Shown here: in pieces, positions 52,560 to 64,000 of the stretch
Layout of the letters: each line of letters opens with the position of its first letter
How positions within the stretch are numbered: the stretch's first letter is position 1
Assembly: GCF_030144855.1 (NCBI RefSeq)
Contig: NC_082724.1
Span: 41,168,001-41,232,000 of the forward strand
Source: Hypanus sabinus
Taxonomy: Eukaryota
Length of the DNA stretch: 64,000 nucleotides
Direction: 5' to 3'
Translations under genes and position numbers: made by a program
Notes under the pieces: model-generated
Databases searched by the model: none
The model's input: the letters and a program-made list of their open reading frames with translations, nothing else
Told to the model about the DNA's origin: nothing

Positions 52560-53460
52560 AGTGCAATTTGAGAGAGAAGCTAAACTCAGATGTAACAGTA
52601 TTGCAGTGGAATAAAGGGAAATATAAATATGATTGATTAGAGAACTCAAAACCAACATCAAAACAAAAGATAAGGCATACATTTGAGCAAAAATTAGTGG
52701 GATGTTAGAGGATCAGAAGACTTATAAAAACTAACAGAAGGTTTCTGAGGTGCAAAGGGACTTGGGAGACCTCAAGCAGGATTCCATGAAGGTTAACTTG
52801 TAGGATGAGTCAGTCATGAGAAAGTCAAAAGCCATGCTAGCATTCAATTTGAGAGGACTAGAGCAGAAAAGCAAGAATGCATCGTGAAGGTTTTATAAAG
52901 GATTGGTGATGCCACGGTGTATTCTGAGCAGTTTTGGGTCCCTTATTTAAGAAGGGATGATGTGACATTGAAGAAGCTTTAGAGGAGGTTCACCATAGTG
53001 ATTCCAGAATGAAAGGCTTATCGTATGAGGAGCAGTTGATGGCATTAGGCATTTACTCACTAGAATTTAGAATAATGAAGGGGGTTCTCATTTAAACCTA
53101 TTAGATATTGATACACCTAGATAGAGTGTATATAGAGAAGATGTTTCCTATGGTGTGGGAATCTAAAACCAGGGGACACAGCCTCAGAATATAAGGGCAC
53201 CCATTTAGAACAGAAATGAGGAGGAATTTCTTTAGCCAGATAGTGATGAATCTGTGGAATTCATTGCCACAGACAGCTGTGGAGGATGTCATTGGGTATA
53301 CTTAAGGCACAGGTCGGTATGTTCTTGATTTGTCAAAGCATGAAACATTAGAAGACAGGAGGATTGGGTTGAGCCATGATGAAATTATGGAGTAGACTAT
53401 GATGGGCTGAATGGCTTAATTCTGCTCCTATGTTTTATGGATTTAAGGTCTAAATTATGG
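52560..53460 (+). mobile_element. CR1 LINE fragments and 3' end
   Basis: Same family as 4607-7432 (gagaagctaaactcagatgta..., gaggaggaatttctttagccag, ctgctcctatgttttatgg tail). Confidence 0.85.
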
Positions 53461-55734
53461 TCTGACTCACAGCTGTGGACTGTCATCAAACTCAAGTGTG
53501 GGCACATTGCATAGGCAGAGTTCTTCAAGGAGAAAGGTAAGTCTGTCACAATCCACAAATTATTTGTTCTTGTGGAATATACAAATCTTAATTCTAGACA
53601 CCTACTGGTCTGTTATTGACAAAAAAAAAATGCCCAGAAAACAATTTGAGTTATTTCTGTTCATAAGTGTAATCTTGGGCTGAGGAACTCAAACTCAAAA
53701 TTGAAAGTTTCATTGGTTATTGCAGGTTAAACAATTTTTATCAATGTGTCTCCTCTCTACAAGCAGAATTGAACATGTAAGACTTGTTTGCAAGACTCTA
53801 CATCTATTCTCAGAGTATTGCTGATAAATATTAAAAATACAAAGACAGTCAGGAAATTAGTACTTGGAAACTAAAATTTTAATTGGTCTAATTAAAACTA
53901 GAACTTTAATTAGTCTCCAAAATTTTAATTTTAAATTAGTTTCTCATTGTTGTTTGCCAAACAGAGACAGATTGCTTTGCATCATCGTGATGCAAATTTC
54001 ACAATTTTTCTGTGAGAAATACAGTGGAAAATCTCTGCATGTTAGAGGTATTATTAACAAGTCAAAATAATTGGCTTAGAGGCAGACAATTTAAAAACAG
54101 GAGATACTGCTTCAATTAATAATAATAAAGGATGGAAGTAAACAATCTCAAAACAACTATCAATAATTTTAAAAGGTCAAATATCACACAAATATGAATA
54201 AGCATAACAATAATAAAAGCATTGAGTACAGAGCAAACTATATGTATGTTCACATAGAACCTTTCAAATATTGTTGGTATTGTATTAAGCATGATTGCCC
54301 CCGAGATTTCAATCTGTGCTTCTGCTGTAATTGCACCGATTTTGTTTATTAAATCATGTGAACAATACCATCAAAAATATTCCATCTGATAAGCTTTGAT
54401 CCCCTACATGAACTCACTCTGTGCTGCTTTTCCACAGTCATTAGCACATTGAATGCTGCTCCTTTTGTACCTACCACATATTAGTCACCCTTCTCTTTCC
54501 TAAAGGATACAAGTTCCTCCGCACACTACACTTTGAAACTCCTTTACCTATTGCCGTTTTGCCATACTTGCAGTATACTTCTGCTCCCCAGCAATCCTCA
54601 TCCCTCCAGTCCTTCTGTATTACTGCCATTCACTCAACCATGGAGCCCAGACTTGTGCTTACTGTGCATCTGCTCAGTAGCATCCTTTTCTCTTCAAAAA
54701 TGAGCACCTCTGACAACAAAAAATAATTGGTTTGGTTAGCATCCCGCACCTTCCTTTATCTTGCAACCATTGTTGGCTGCCCAGATTTTCAAGAACTTTC
54801 TGTAGTTAGGTACATCTAAAGGAATTGTGGTCAGGGCAGCAAGTTTCCTCTAGGAACAGGTACATTTATGTTTCAACTGGGATCCTCAAATGTTTTCTGG
54901 TCTTCTTGACCATTATCCAAATTACTCAGCCCAGCACTATCAATTTCCAGTACACTTGCCAGCTTCTAACTTGTCTATTCACTCATTGATCTGGATGCTT
55001 CCAAGCCAACCTCAAGCCAACACAGCTGAGGAGGAGAAAGGTGTGGAAACAAAAAAATATGGGAAGCTAACAGGAGAGAAGATAGTAAAATATATCAGAA
55101 CAAATTTGTCAGAAATAGACAATAAATATGAAGAAAATCATCAGCACAAGTCAGTTAACTGCAGAGATTAACATAGTAAATTGGACTAGAGACAAACACA
55201 ATCTTTAAGAAATTCAAAGACAATAGGTCACAAATTCAGACAGATCATGGCATCTGAATTGTTCTGAGAATTATGTTTAAGAAGTGATGCAATTAACACA
55301 GATGCAGCTTCGGCTCCTGTAACGACCATCACTGTGGTATATTTGGGACTGTCACATCCTTCAAATGAAACACATTTGGTTCCCAAACTGAAGCAATGAC
55401 ATTTAGTGTGTAGTTTAATAGTTAGAAGATGTTGTGTGCTCAGATTCAAGGCTTTGGTGGATTTTGAGGTGGTGTGAAGAAATTAAGACTTCCTAAATTG
55501 GACAGGGCATTTAAGAAAGCTGAGTTTATATGAGACTTTGGCCTTTTTCCATGTGTGCTCTTTGCCAAAGAGAAAGATATCAGCCCAATTTTATTTATTT
55601 TTTGCCGTGCTTGAGATTTGAGAGGCACAATAAACAAAGCCCTCATGCCCATACATAACTGGTTTAGATTCTTGTTAACTGTACCTCCAACAAGTGCAGT
55701 TGCTCACAACTTCTCAATTTCCAACAGTGTTCTG

Positions 55735-56865
55735 TCCTTACATATCTGGAGAAGGGGGATGCTTACAAGAGAGTGCTGTTTTTGAGTACAGTTCAGCATT
55801 CAACACCATAATTCCCCCCTGGCTTCACAAGAAACTCAGAGACCTCAGCCTTCACCCTGCCTTGTGTAGCTGGATTCTGGACTTCCCGTCAAATCACTGG
55901 CAAGTACTAAGAGTGGGCTCCCTCACTACTGTCCCTCTGACCTTCAACACAGGTGCCCCTCAGGACTGTGTACCAAGCCCCCTGCTTTACCCTCTGTATA
56001 TCCATGACTGTGTCGCCACCCACAGCTCTAATCTGCTAATTAAATTTGCTGATGACACTACACTGATTGGCCTGATCTCAAATAATAATGAGGCAGCCTA
56101 CAGCAAAGAAATGTTTGACTTCTTTGACAAAGAAGTCTTTGACACAGTGGTGTCAAGAAAACCTCTCCCTCAATGTTGCAAAAACAAAGGAGCTGGTTGT
56201 GGACTACGGGCAGAATGGAGACAGGCTAGCCTCTATTGACATCAATGGATCTAGGGTTGAGAGTGTGTACAGCTTTCAATTCCTTGGCATAAACAACACC
56301 AAGGAATTCACATTGTCTGTACATACAGGCTGTGTGGTGAAAAAGGCACAACAGCACCTCTTTCACCTCAGATGCTTGAAGTTTAGTGTGAGCTCCCAAA
56401 TCCTAAAAACTTTCTATAGGGGCACAATTGAGAGCATCTTGACTGGCTGCATCTCTGCCTGGTAGAGGAACTGTACTTCCCTCCATCGCAGGACTCTGCA
56501 GAGAGTGGTGCGGACATCCCAGCACATCTGTAGATGTGAACTTTTCACTACTCAGAACATTTACAAAGACAGGTGTGTAAAAAAGGATCATTAGCTACAT
56601 GAATCACCCCAACCACAAACTATTCCAGCTGCTACCATTGCAGCATAAAAGCCAGGAGCAACAGGCTCCAGGACAACTTCTTTTATCAGGCCATCAGAAC
56701 GCTCAACTCACACTGATACAACTGTATTTCTATGTTATTTTGACTATTTATTATAAATTACTATGAATTGCACATTGCATATTTAGCCGGAGACTTAATG
56801 TGAAGATTTTTACTCCTCATGTACTTGAAAGATGTAAATGATTAAGTCTATTCAATTCATTCAAT
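55735..56865 (+). mobile_element. Rex1/Babar-type LINE RT and 3' end
   Basis: [49 protein letters not shown]; (attca)n tail. Confidence 0.92.
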
Positions 56866-57329
56866 TCACTTCAAGCGAAATCAACTCCCCTTCCAATGTA
56901 TAACTGGAAATCTGGCATTGAAGATCTTTTTTTAAATAGCACACTGCAATGGAGGATCTTCCTGTTGTTAAAAGGTGAGTTCCCATTATGTGCTCAACAT
57001 GTGGCATCAGCTGTTGTTGCAGTTCTTGAATCAACATTGCATGAGTACTGATATTATGGTGATAATTTTTTTGCATACATGCAATAGGACTGACAAATAC
57101 AAATCCTATATTCCTCATCTATTAAATTACAATGTGCACACAGGATTCACTACTTGAAGCAAAATAGCATCTGTGGTGCTGAAATGAATCTTTTATGGAA
57201 CATAATTGCCATGTTTAAATATCTAAACTACATTCAAAATGTACAACACTTCAGTTTTTGGGCAACGGTGAATGTCATCTCTTAATACCAATATCAGCTT
57301 AATCATTCCCATGCATGCAGGTTGAGTTA

Positions 57330-57675
57330 TCATCATGGTGTCGTAGAGGGTTCCAGCACAGAAGTAGGCCCATCAGCCCACTAAGTCCATGCTAATCAAT
57401 CATCCATTTATACCCATTTGCTGTTAATCACCTTTTATTCTCCCAACATTCTCACAAACTTCTCCAAAATGCTACTTCTCACTGACACACGAGGAAGAAT
57501 TCACAGTGGCAATTAACCTATCAACTTGCACTTCACTGAGATGTAGGACAAAATTATTATGCTCACAGAAAGGATGTTAAAACATCACACAGACAGCATC
57601 TGGAGCCAGGATTGAACATAGGACTCTTGTACTGTGAGGAAGTAGTTCTACGACCAGTGCCATTCTGCCACCCCA
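57330..57675 (-). mobile_element. V-SINE (HE1-like)
   Basis: Reverse B box ggattgaac near 57609-57617, V-domain-like cacacagacagca, CR1-derived tail (cagcacagaagtaggcccatcagccca). Confidence 0.68.
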
Positions 57676-58838
57676 TGTCTCTATCTGCCAACTCAGAAAT
57701 GTGAATGTGGTTTCCATGACTTGCTTCCAGTAATAGCTTGTGCTCCAATGCTAGAGTTCCCATGCAGTTTAAAAAGGAGTAAGAACTTTTATGATCTGCC
57801 AAATGCTTACAACAAGAACTCAACTAGAGAATTCTGTAACACCAACAGCCTCAGCTAAGAGTTTGGCAATTTAACAAATCATTTATCAGTCTCTGCTGGT
57901 CCCACTGCCATTAGTTTTTCTGCTGGTCATATGTGAAAGTAAGATAATTCTCCATTGAACAGTAGTGTGCAAAACTTCCATAAAATCTAACTCATCCCAA
58001 AATTGTTGGTCTAAATATGTCTCTGGCATTACCATGGATTACATACGTTGCTTAATGCTACAAAATATTCTTAAATTCTCTGTCAGATCTGAAAAAGTTT
58101 TTTCGCAGTTAATTAAAGTTAAACTATCAAAGAAAGTTAACAATATTCTACCGAAACTTTTACAAGTATTTTTCAGATGTCAGTTTATTTGCTGCTTTGA
58201 ATTTTTGAAATATTTAATTTGTTTGAAATAGTTTCAAAGTGTTTTCAGTTTTCTTTTCACCTTTTAATTTTAATCAATTTGCTGATGAACGAAAAATTAA
58301 TTAAAATATTCAGTGCCATTTGAAATACTGTATCTAAGAAATGCTTCTTCTGATGGACAAAGCTCTGTCACAGGAATCATGGCAAATTTCGGCAAATTTC
58401 TGCTGAGATGTTTGTCTGAGACAGGCTGTATTTTTTAACAAGCACCCCTGTTGTTAATAAGCTATTTTTGAGCGAAAGATAATCATCAGGTGAGGATTAC
58501 TGTGGTAGCAATTCACAGTTTAACAGTTTTTAATATCCCACATCAAATTAGTGATCTGTGTAATCTTTACTTACAGAACCTGACTGTTAATCAGACACAT
58601 CATTTTGAGGTGCCTCCTAAAGTTCAGCCGTTAGGGTTTGTGAATTAAGATACTGTTCTTTTTTCTGTCACTTTGCACATATTAACTAAATAATAATTTT
58701 GCCAATGTGTTCACTGCAGCACCATCAGTTTAGGATAACTCCCAAGACTAGGTAGCCTGAAATTAGATTAGATATTGATAAATAATGAAATTGGCCATAT
58801 CAGTTTAAGAAGTGCTTAAATTTTCTTGCAGGTGTGGA

Positions 58839-59057
58839 CAACACACACAAAATGCTGGAGGAACTCAGCAAGCCAGGCAGCATCTAGGAAAAGAGGACAG
58901 TCGAAGTTTCAAAACAAAAAGCCTTCAGCAGGACACAGTTTTTGTCCCAAAACTTCGACTGTTACTGTTTTCCAGGATGCTGCCTGGCTTGCTGAGTTCC
59001 TCCAGGATTTTGTGTGTGATCCTTAGATTTCCAGCATCTGCAGATTTTCTCTTGTTT
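58839..59057. mobile_element. Penelope-derived fold-back element
   Basis: Inverted arms centred near 58935; 36-nt right tail; degenerate TSD gcaggtgtgga / acaaatgtaga (four transitions). Confidence 0.88.
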
Positions 59058-59193
59058 ACAAATGTAGATTTGTGTTTCATGAATACCACAAGTATTCACA
59101 ATATTCTCTGAACTATTGTGTCTTTCCTAACCAGTGTCATTTCAAATCCAAAGGTTTAGTGACAAAGGTTTAAGGAAAAAGTGCTACCATATT

Positions 59194-59502
59194 GGTGGTG
59201 GCATCCATCAGTCTCAAGAGACCATGGATCTGCGCCTGGAGTTTCCAGGCGCAGGCCTGGGTAGGGTTGTATAGGAGACCGGCAGTTGCCCAAGCTGCAG
59301 GCCTTTCCCTCTCCATGCCACCAATGTTGTCCAAGGGAAGGGCACTAGGACCCCATGCAGCTTGGCACCGGTGACAATCGCAGAGCAATGTGTTGTTAAG
59401 TGCCTTGCTCAAGGACACAAACACGCTGCCTCAGCTGAGGCTAGAACCAGCGACCTTCAGGTAACTAGTCTGACGCTTGCCCGCTTGGCCATGCACCAAC
59501 AC
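59194..59502 (-). mobile_element. tRNA-headed CORE-like SINE with RTE-type tail
   Basis: A box tggccaagcgg (59491-59481), B box ggttctagcc (59448-59439), CORE-like tgtgtccttgagcaaggcacttaac (59419-59395). Confidence 0.82.
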
Positions 59503-60741
59503 AGTATTAGGTTACCATATTAGGTAATGTATAATGTAACTTTGGGTTATTCTCAAAGATAGATTTATTATATGATAAACAGAGAAATGAACAGCAACTG
59601 AACTGATAAATGGAGAAAAAAATAAACTATTCTTGCTGAATTGGAACCACACTTGGGATAGACAGTAGTTTATTTTGTTTTGCAGTTCACTGCTAACTTA
59701 CTGTTGAATCTAGGACCCATCAGTGTCTCTAATGGATTTCAATGTGCATCAAATCAACCAGAAATATATTTGAATGGTTCTTGAGATAGTAGATTAAAAA
59801 TGTATCCAACAAAAATATATAAATCTTCTAAACAAAATATACTTTCAAAAGATTCTATGGAAAATTTGCGTGAACTAGAACTTATTTCTTTCTCCATAAG
59901 AACAACATAATAGTGCATTTGGAAAATATTAACACTGTGCACTTATCAAGCCCTTCCTGAATGATACCTCATTTTTCTCTTCATATAAAAATAAACATGT
60001 ATATTTATTTATAACTCACCTTTCACAGTTCCAGTCACCTTCCAGCTAAGTAAGTATATTTGACATGTAACTACAATATAGATTATTTTGTATATATCAA
60101 ACCAATAACAATTTCTATGAATGAACAGATTTAATTCAAATTAAAACACAACATGACAGGTAAAAACTATAACATAACGTAGACAGGCAAAGAAAACAAG
60201 GAAAATAAAGATGTTTACATTGTGCCTCAGGTATTTTTGTATGACAATAGAAAGGAGAAGTGGTGAACCTACATAAAATCTTTAGCATATTAAAACAAAT
60301 CTAAATGCTAAGAATAAACATTACATACTCTTGTAAGCTCGAGTTCCTTTGATTTTAATTTGATATTATCTCAAGTGATCATTTTTGGGTTCATGACTAA
60401 ATACAGAAAACAATATTGATTCTGCATCTTTTGCATACTAGTGGATCCTACTGTTGATGACAATTGAAAGCAAGCACAAAGCTGACTTGGTAGATGTTCA
60501 ATAATATTTAAACATTCCTGGAAAATCAAGAGCCTTCAAAATACACAGAAGTCATGAGAATGGATTTCCCATATTCACACAGGAGAAGACAATTGGGCAT
60601 CCAGTTGGTTGCTCTGAAAAGAATTGGAAGGATAAAAAACAGGGAAGAAAATATAAACATGCTCACTTTTTCCCTTTAATTCAAAAGCATGGAGGAATTT
60701 CATTATGCATCTAAAGACTGAGGGAGGAGCTATTTTTGCCT

Positions 60742-61112
60742 GTTATCAGTGAGTTGTTTGTTATGTCTCCCCTCTCGTTGTGAGATGGAGACATCTCTTT
60801 CTCCCTTTTTAGGGAGAGAGAGCCTGTGGTATGTCAAATTACTGGGTAAACGAGTAGTCTTTAGGGTATCTGCAAGTCTGTGTCTTTATTGATGCTTTGC
60901 TGCATGCTTGAGTGCTCAGTGTGGGTGCCAATGGTTCTTTTTTCTGGTGGGAGAGGGGGAAGTCGGGAGGGGCTGAGGGGTTCTGACATTTAACTGTCAT
61001 TCATTCTTTGGGAACACTCCTCTGTTTTCATGGATGGTTGCGAAGAAAAAGCATTTCAGGATTTATATTGTATACATTTCTCTGACATTAAATGTAACTT
61101 TGAAACCTTTGA
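60742..61112 (+). mobile_element. 5'-truncated copy of the 45866-46597 retroposon
   Basis: Shared gggagagagagcctgtggtatgtc...ctctgacattaaatgta.ctttgaaac. Confidence 0.8.
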
Positions 61113-61452
61113 TAGATGTAACAACAGGTTGAAGATAGGGTCTTGAAGATCTAAACAGCAAATCCTTTCAGAAAAGATAATTCAAGTTAAATTTTGAAAA
61201 CACAGACAAGATAATGGCAACTGTTATCAATCCTGGAGGTTGCAATACCCTTGATGTAATCCAACTTTCAAAGTTTTAAAACAGGTGACAAAAGTGTTGC
61301 TCCAAATATGATGAACCTAAGCTCCTGAAAGTCCATTTGGTGGTAAAGTGCATCTACAGGTGTGAATGAAACCTGCTTGTTGCTCTTTTTGCTGGCCATT
61401 CTAGTAATGTGCCACTTGGAGGCACAAGAGAAATAATTACACACATATACAT

Positions 61453-62010
61453 CCTAAGATATAGGGACAGAATTAGGCCATTCTAACTATCAAGTCTGCT
61501 CTACCATTTGACCACAGCCAAATTATTTTCCTTTTTCACTCCATTCTCCTGCCTTCTCCTTGCAACCCTTGATGTCCTTCACTAACCAAGAAACTATCAA
61601 CCTTCTCTTTAAATATACCCAAAGGCTTAGCCTCCATAGCTGTCTGTGGCAATAAATTCCCTAGATTCACCACACTCTGGCGATGGAAATTGCTCCATAT
61701 CTCTATTTTAAAGGGTTCATCATCGATTCTGAATCTGTGTTCTTTGGTCCTGGGTTCTTCCATGATTGGAAGCATCTTCTCCATGTCCACTCTTTCTAGG
61801 CCTACAGATATTCAGTTGATTTCAATGAGATCTGCCCCACCCCCCCACCCATTCTGCTAAACTCCATTGACTACAGGGCTTGAGCTATCAAATGCTCCTC
61901 ACACTTCAACTATTTCATTCCTGGAATCATTCTCATGAACCTCCCTGGATCCTCTCTAATGCCAGCATATCCTTTCATAGATATGGGGCCTAAAACAGCT
62001 CAACATACCC
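61453..62010 (-). mobile_element. CR1 LINE 3' end
   Basis: ORF 61536-61790 (NFHRQSVVNLGNLLPQTA); same family as the left end of 4607-7432. Confidence 0.85.
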
Positions 62011-62014
62011 CAAG

Positions 62015-64000
62015 TATTGAGATGTACAGGAGGCCCCAGAGGAGGCCCTTCTACGCAGTTGGCAAATGTGCAGTCGCTGGAAAATACAGTTTAGAATCTG
62101 AGTGCAAGACTGCTGTACCAGCAGCAGATGAGTCATATCTCCAGACATACTGGATGCACCAGTTAGACCAGAAGGATTCACGATGTACAGAACAAAATGA
62201 ACTGTGCACTCAAGTGAGGAGGTGTATATTTTATGGATAATTCCCAGTGGTGCTCTGAAGTGACAGTTCTGTCAAAGTCATGCTTCCCTGACTTGGAACA
62301 CCTACCAGTCAAGTATTGTCATTCTATTTACCTCAGAAACCCCAGTGTGTAATACTGACTGCAGTGCATATAGCACCAGAGGCCAACTATAATAAAGCAC
62401 TTGCAACACTGCAGGATGCCATCTCCTAACAAGAACCAGCCCATCCCGACTCATTTCAAAATATAGTCAGAAACTTCAACCAGGCTCCTTTGAAGAAAAC
62501 TCTGCCCAATTATCACCAGCAAACAGCTAGACGTCCCAATATAATAGACCACTGTTAATTTAAGATAAGGAGTGCCTATTATTCCTTGTTCAGACCAAAT
62601 TTTGGTAAATTTAATCACTTGGCTATCTTCTTCCTACCTGTATACAGGCAGATCCGAAAAAGCAAGGGTCCAGAAATTAGGACAACTAAGTGGTGGTCGT
62701 GGGGGGCAGAGGAGCAGTTATGGGATTGCTTTGAGTCCATGGACTGGGCCAAGTTTAATCACTCATTTAGAGATCTGAATAAGTACACAATGCTTGTAAT
62801 GGACTTTATTAAAACAGCCAGAGCTGAGTGTGTCCTCACCAAGTCATTTAGAGTCTTCCCCAATCAGAAGCCCTGGATGAATCAAGATCTACCGGGGGCC
62901 AGATCAGAGGCATTCATGTCTGGAGACCAAGAAAGCTACAAGAAGTGTGGGTATAATCTCTGGAAAGCCATTTCATGGCCAAAGTGGAAATTGACACACC
63001 AAGCTTCAATCAACAAGGGATGCTGGACAGCTGTGCTAGGGCTTGAATGCTATCACTTCCTACAAAGTTATATGAAATTACATGGGCTTCACTTCCAGAT
63101 GAGCTCAGAGGCTTCTATGCTCGCTTTAACCGTCAGGACTTAGAGAAACCATTGTGGTCCCCCACACACCCCGATGATCCTATGATATCAGTCCCCTAAG
63201 CTGATGCCCAGGCTACCTTCAGAGGTAAACTATAGAAAACATCTGGACCAGGCTGGGTACCTAGTCAAGTACTAAAGACCTATGCAGACTAACTGGCTGG
63301 TGTGTTCGCCGAGATCTTTAACCACTTTGTTTGGTAGTGTGTGGTACTCAGCTGCTTCAAGCAGGCTTCACTTATAACAGTGCCCATGACGAGCATTGTG
63401 ACATGCCTCAATGACTATCACTCATTGCACTTACAGCCACAGTGATGAAATGTTTTGAGAGGTTGGTAATGAAACATATCAACTTCTGCCTGAGAGGGTA
63501 CTTGGAACTTCTCCAATTTGCCTACGGGAGCAACAGGTCCTCAGAAGATGCATCTCATTGGCTCTTCACTTGAACCTGGAATATCTGTCCAGCAAAGATG
63601 CATACATCAGCATGCTCTTTATCGACTACAGCTCAGCATTCAATACCATCATCCCCTCAAAACTAACCAATAAGCTCCAAGACCTTATGCAATTTGATCT
63701 TATATCTCCCCAACAATCTCCACTAGCATAGGTGCACCACTGGGCTATACTCACTTTACACCACACCTATGACTGTGTGGCTAAGCAGAGTGCCATATTG
63801 AAGTTTGCTGATGACACCACTGTTGTGCATCAAACCAAAAGTAATGATGTATCAGCATACATCATTATGAAAATCTGGCTGAATGGTGTCATGGCAACAA
63901 CCTCTTACTCAATGCCTGCAAGATCGAGGAACTGATTATAGACTTCAGGAGATCAAAACCAGACGTTCATGAGCCAGTACCCATCGAAGAATCAGAGGCA
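62015..64000 (+). mobile_element. Rex1/Babar-type LINE, decayed endonuclease and RT, runs off the window
   Basis: [66 protein letters not shown]. Confidence 0.92.

Noticed and set aside
53473-53543. Possible exon (ctcacag acceptor ... AAG/GTAAGT donor)
   Set aside because: Only about 65 nt, no recognisable peptide, no partner exons; such sites arise by chance in 64 kb
53867-53943. AT-rich imperfect hairpin (ctaattaaa/tttaattag, gaaactaa/ttagtttc)
   Set aside because: Low complexity; plausible by chance at this AT content
8205-59057. Recurrent palindromic repeats as a CRISPR array, REP elements or rho-independent terminators
   Set aside because: Dispersed kilobases apart, no spacer periodicity, eukaryotic context, Penelope-derived
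59430-59502. tRNA gene (also 3380-3440)
   Set aside because: A/B boxes continue into SINE bodies and there is no intact cloverleaf
59180-59525. TSD for the SINE (taccatatt on both sides)
   Set aside because: The right copy is offset by about 10 nt from the element end, so it cannot be called cleanly

Overview
Eukaryotic, AT-rich, CpG-depleted non-coding DNA, either a large intron or a gene desert. The repeat inventory points to a cartilaginous fish, most likely a ray (inference from repeat families recalled from memory). I found no host protein-coding exon, rRNA, true tRNA or CRISPR array. Every recognisable ORF is a transposon relic: CR1 LINEs (including one young copy with an open RT frame, 49208-50575), Rex1/Babar LINEs, L1/Tx1 fragments, a Penelope GIY-YIG remnant, tRNA-derived SINEs, three solo LTRs and a hAT/Charlie element. 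The most striking structure is a dispersed family of about 215-310 bp fold-back elements derived from Penelope termini. Each has two inverted arms that meet at or near minimal type-I hammerhead ribozyme motifs, and one arm carries a 33-40 nt extra tail. Three copies have clean 14-15 bp target-site duplications (TSDs), and two hammerheads keep an intact catalytic core (19847-19884 +, 20371-20408 -). Also notable: a decayed HDV-like ribozyme candidate with an extra hairpin in L3 at the head of a non-coding retroposon (about 49017-49201), a hAT element resembling mammalian Charlie4, modular SINEs sharing a tail, and several templated-insertion scars. Boundaries of old repeats are approximate (tens of bp); TSD and motif coordinates were counted directly.
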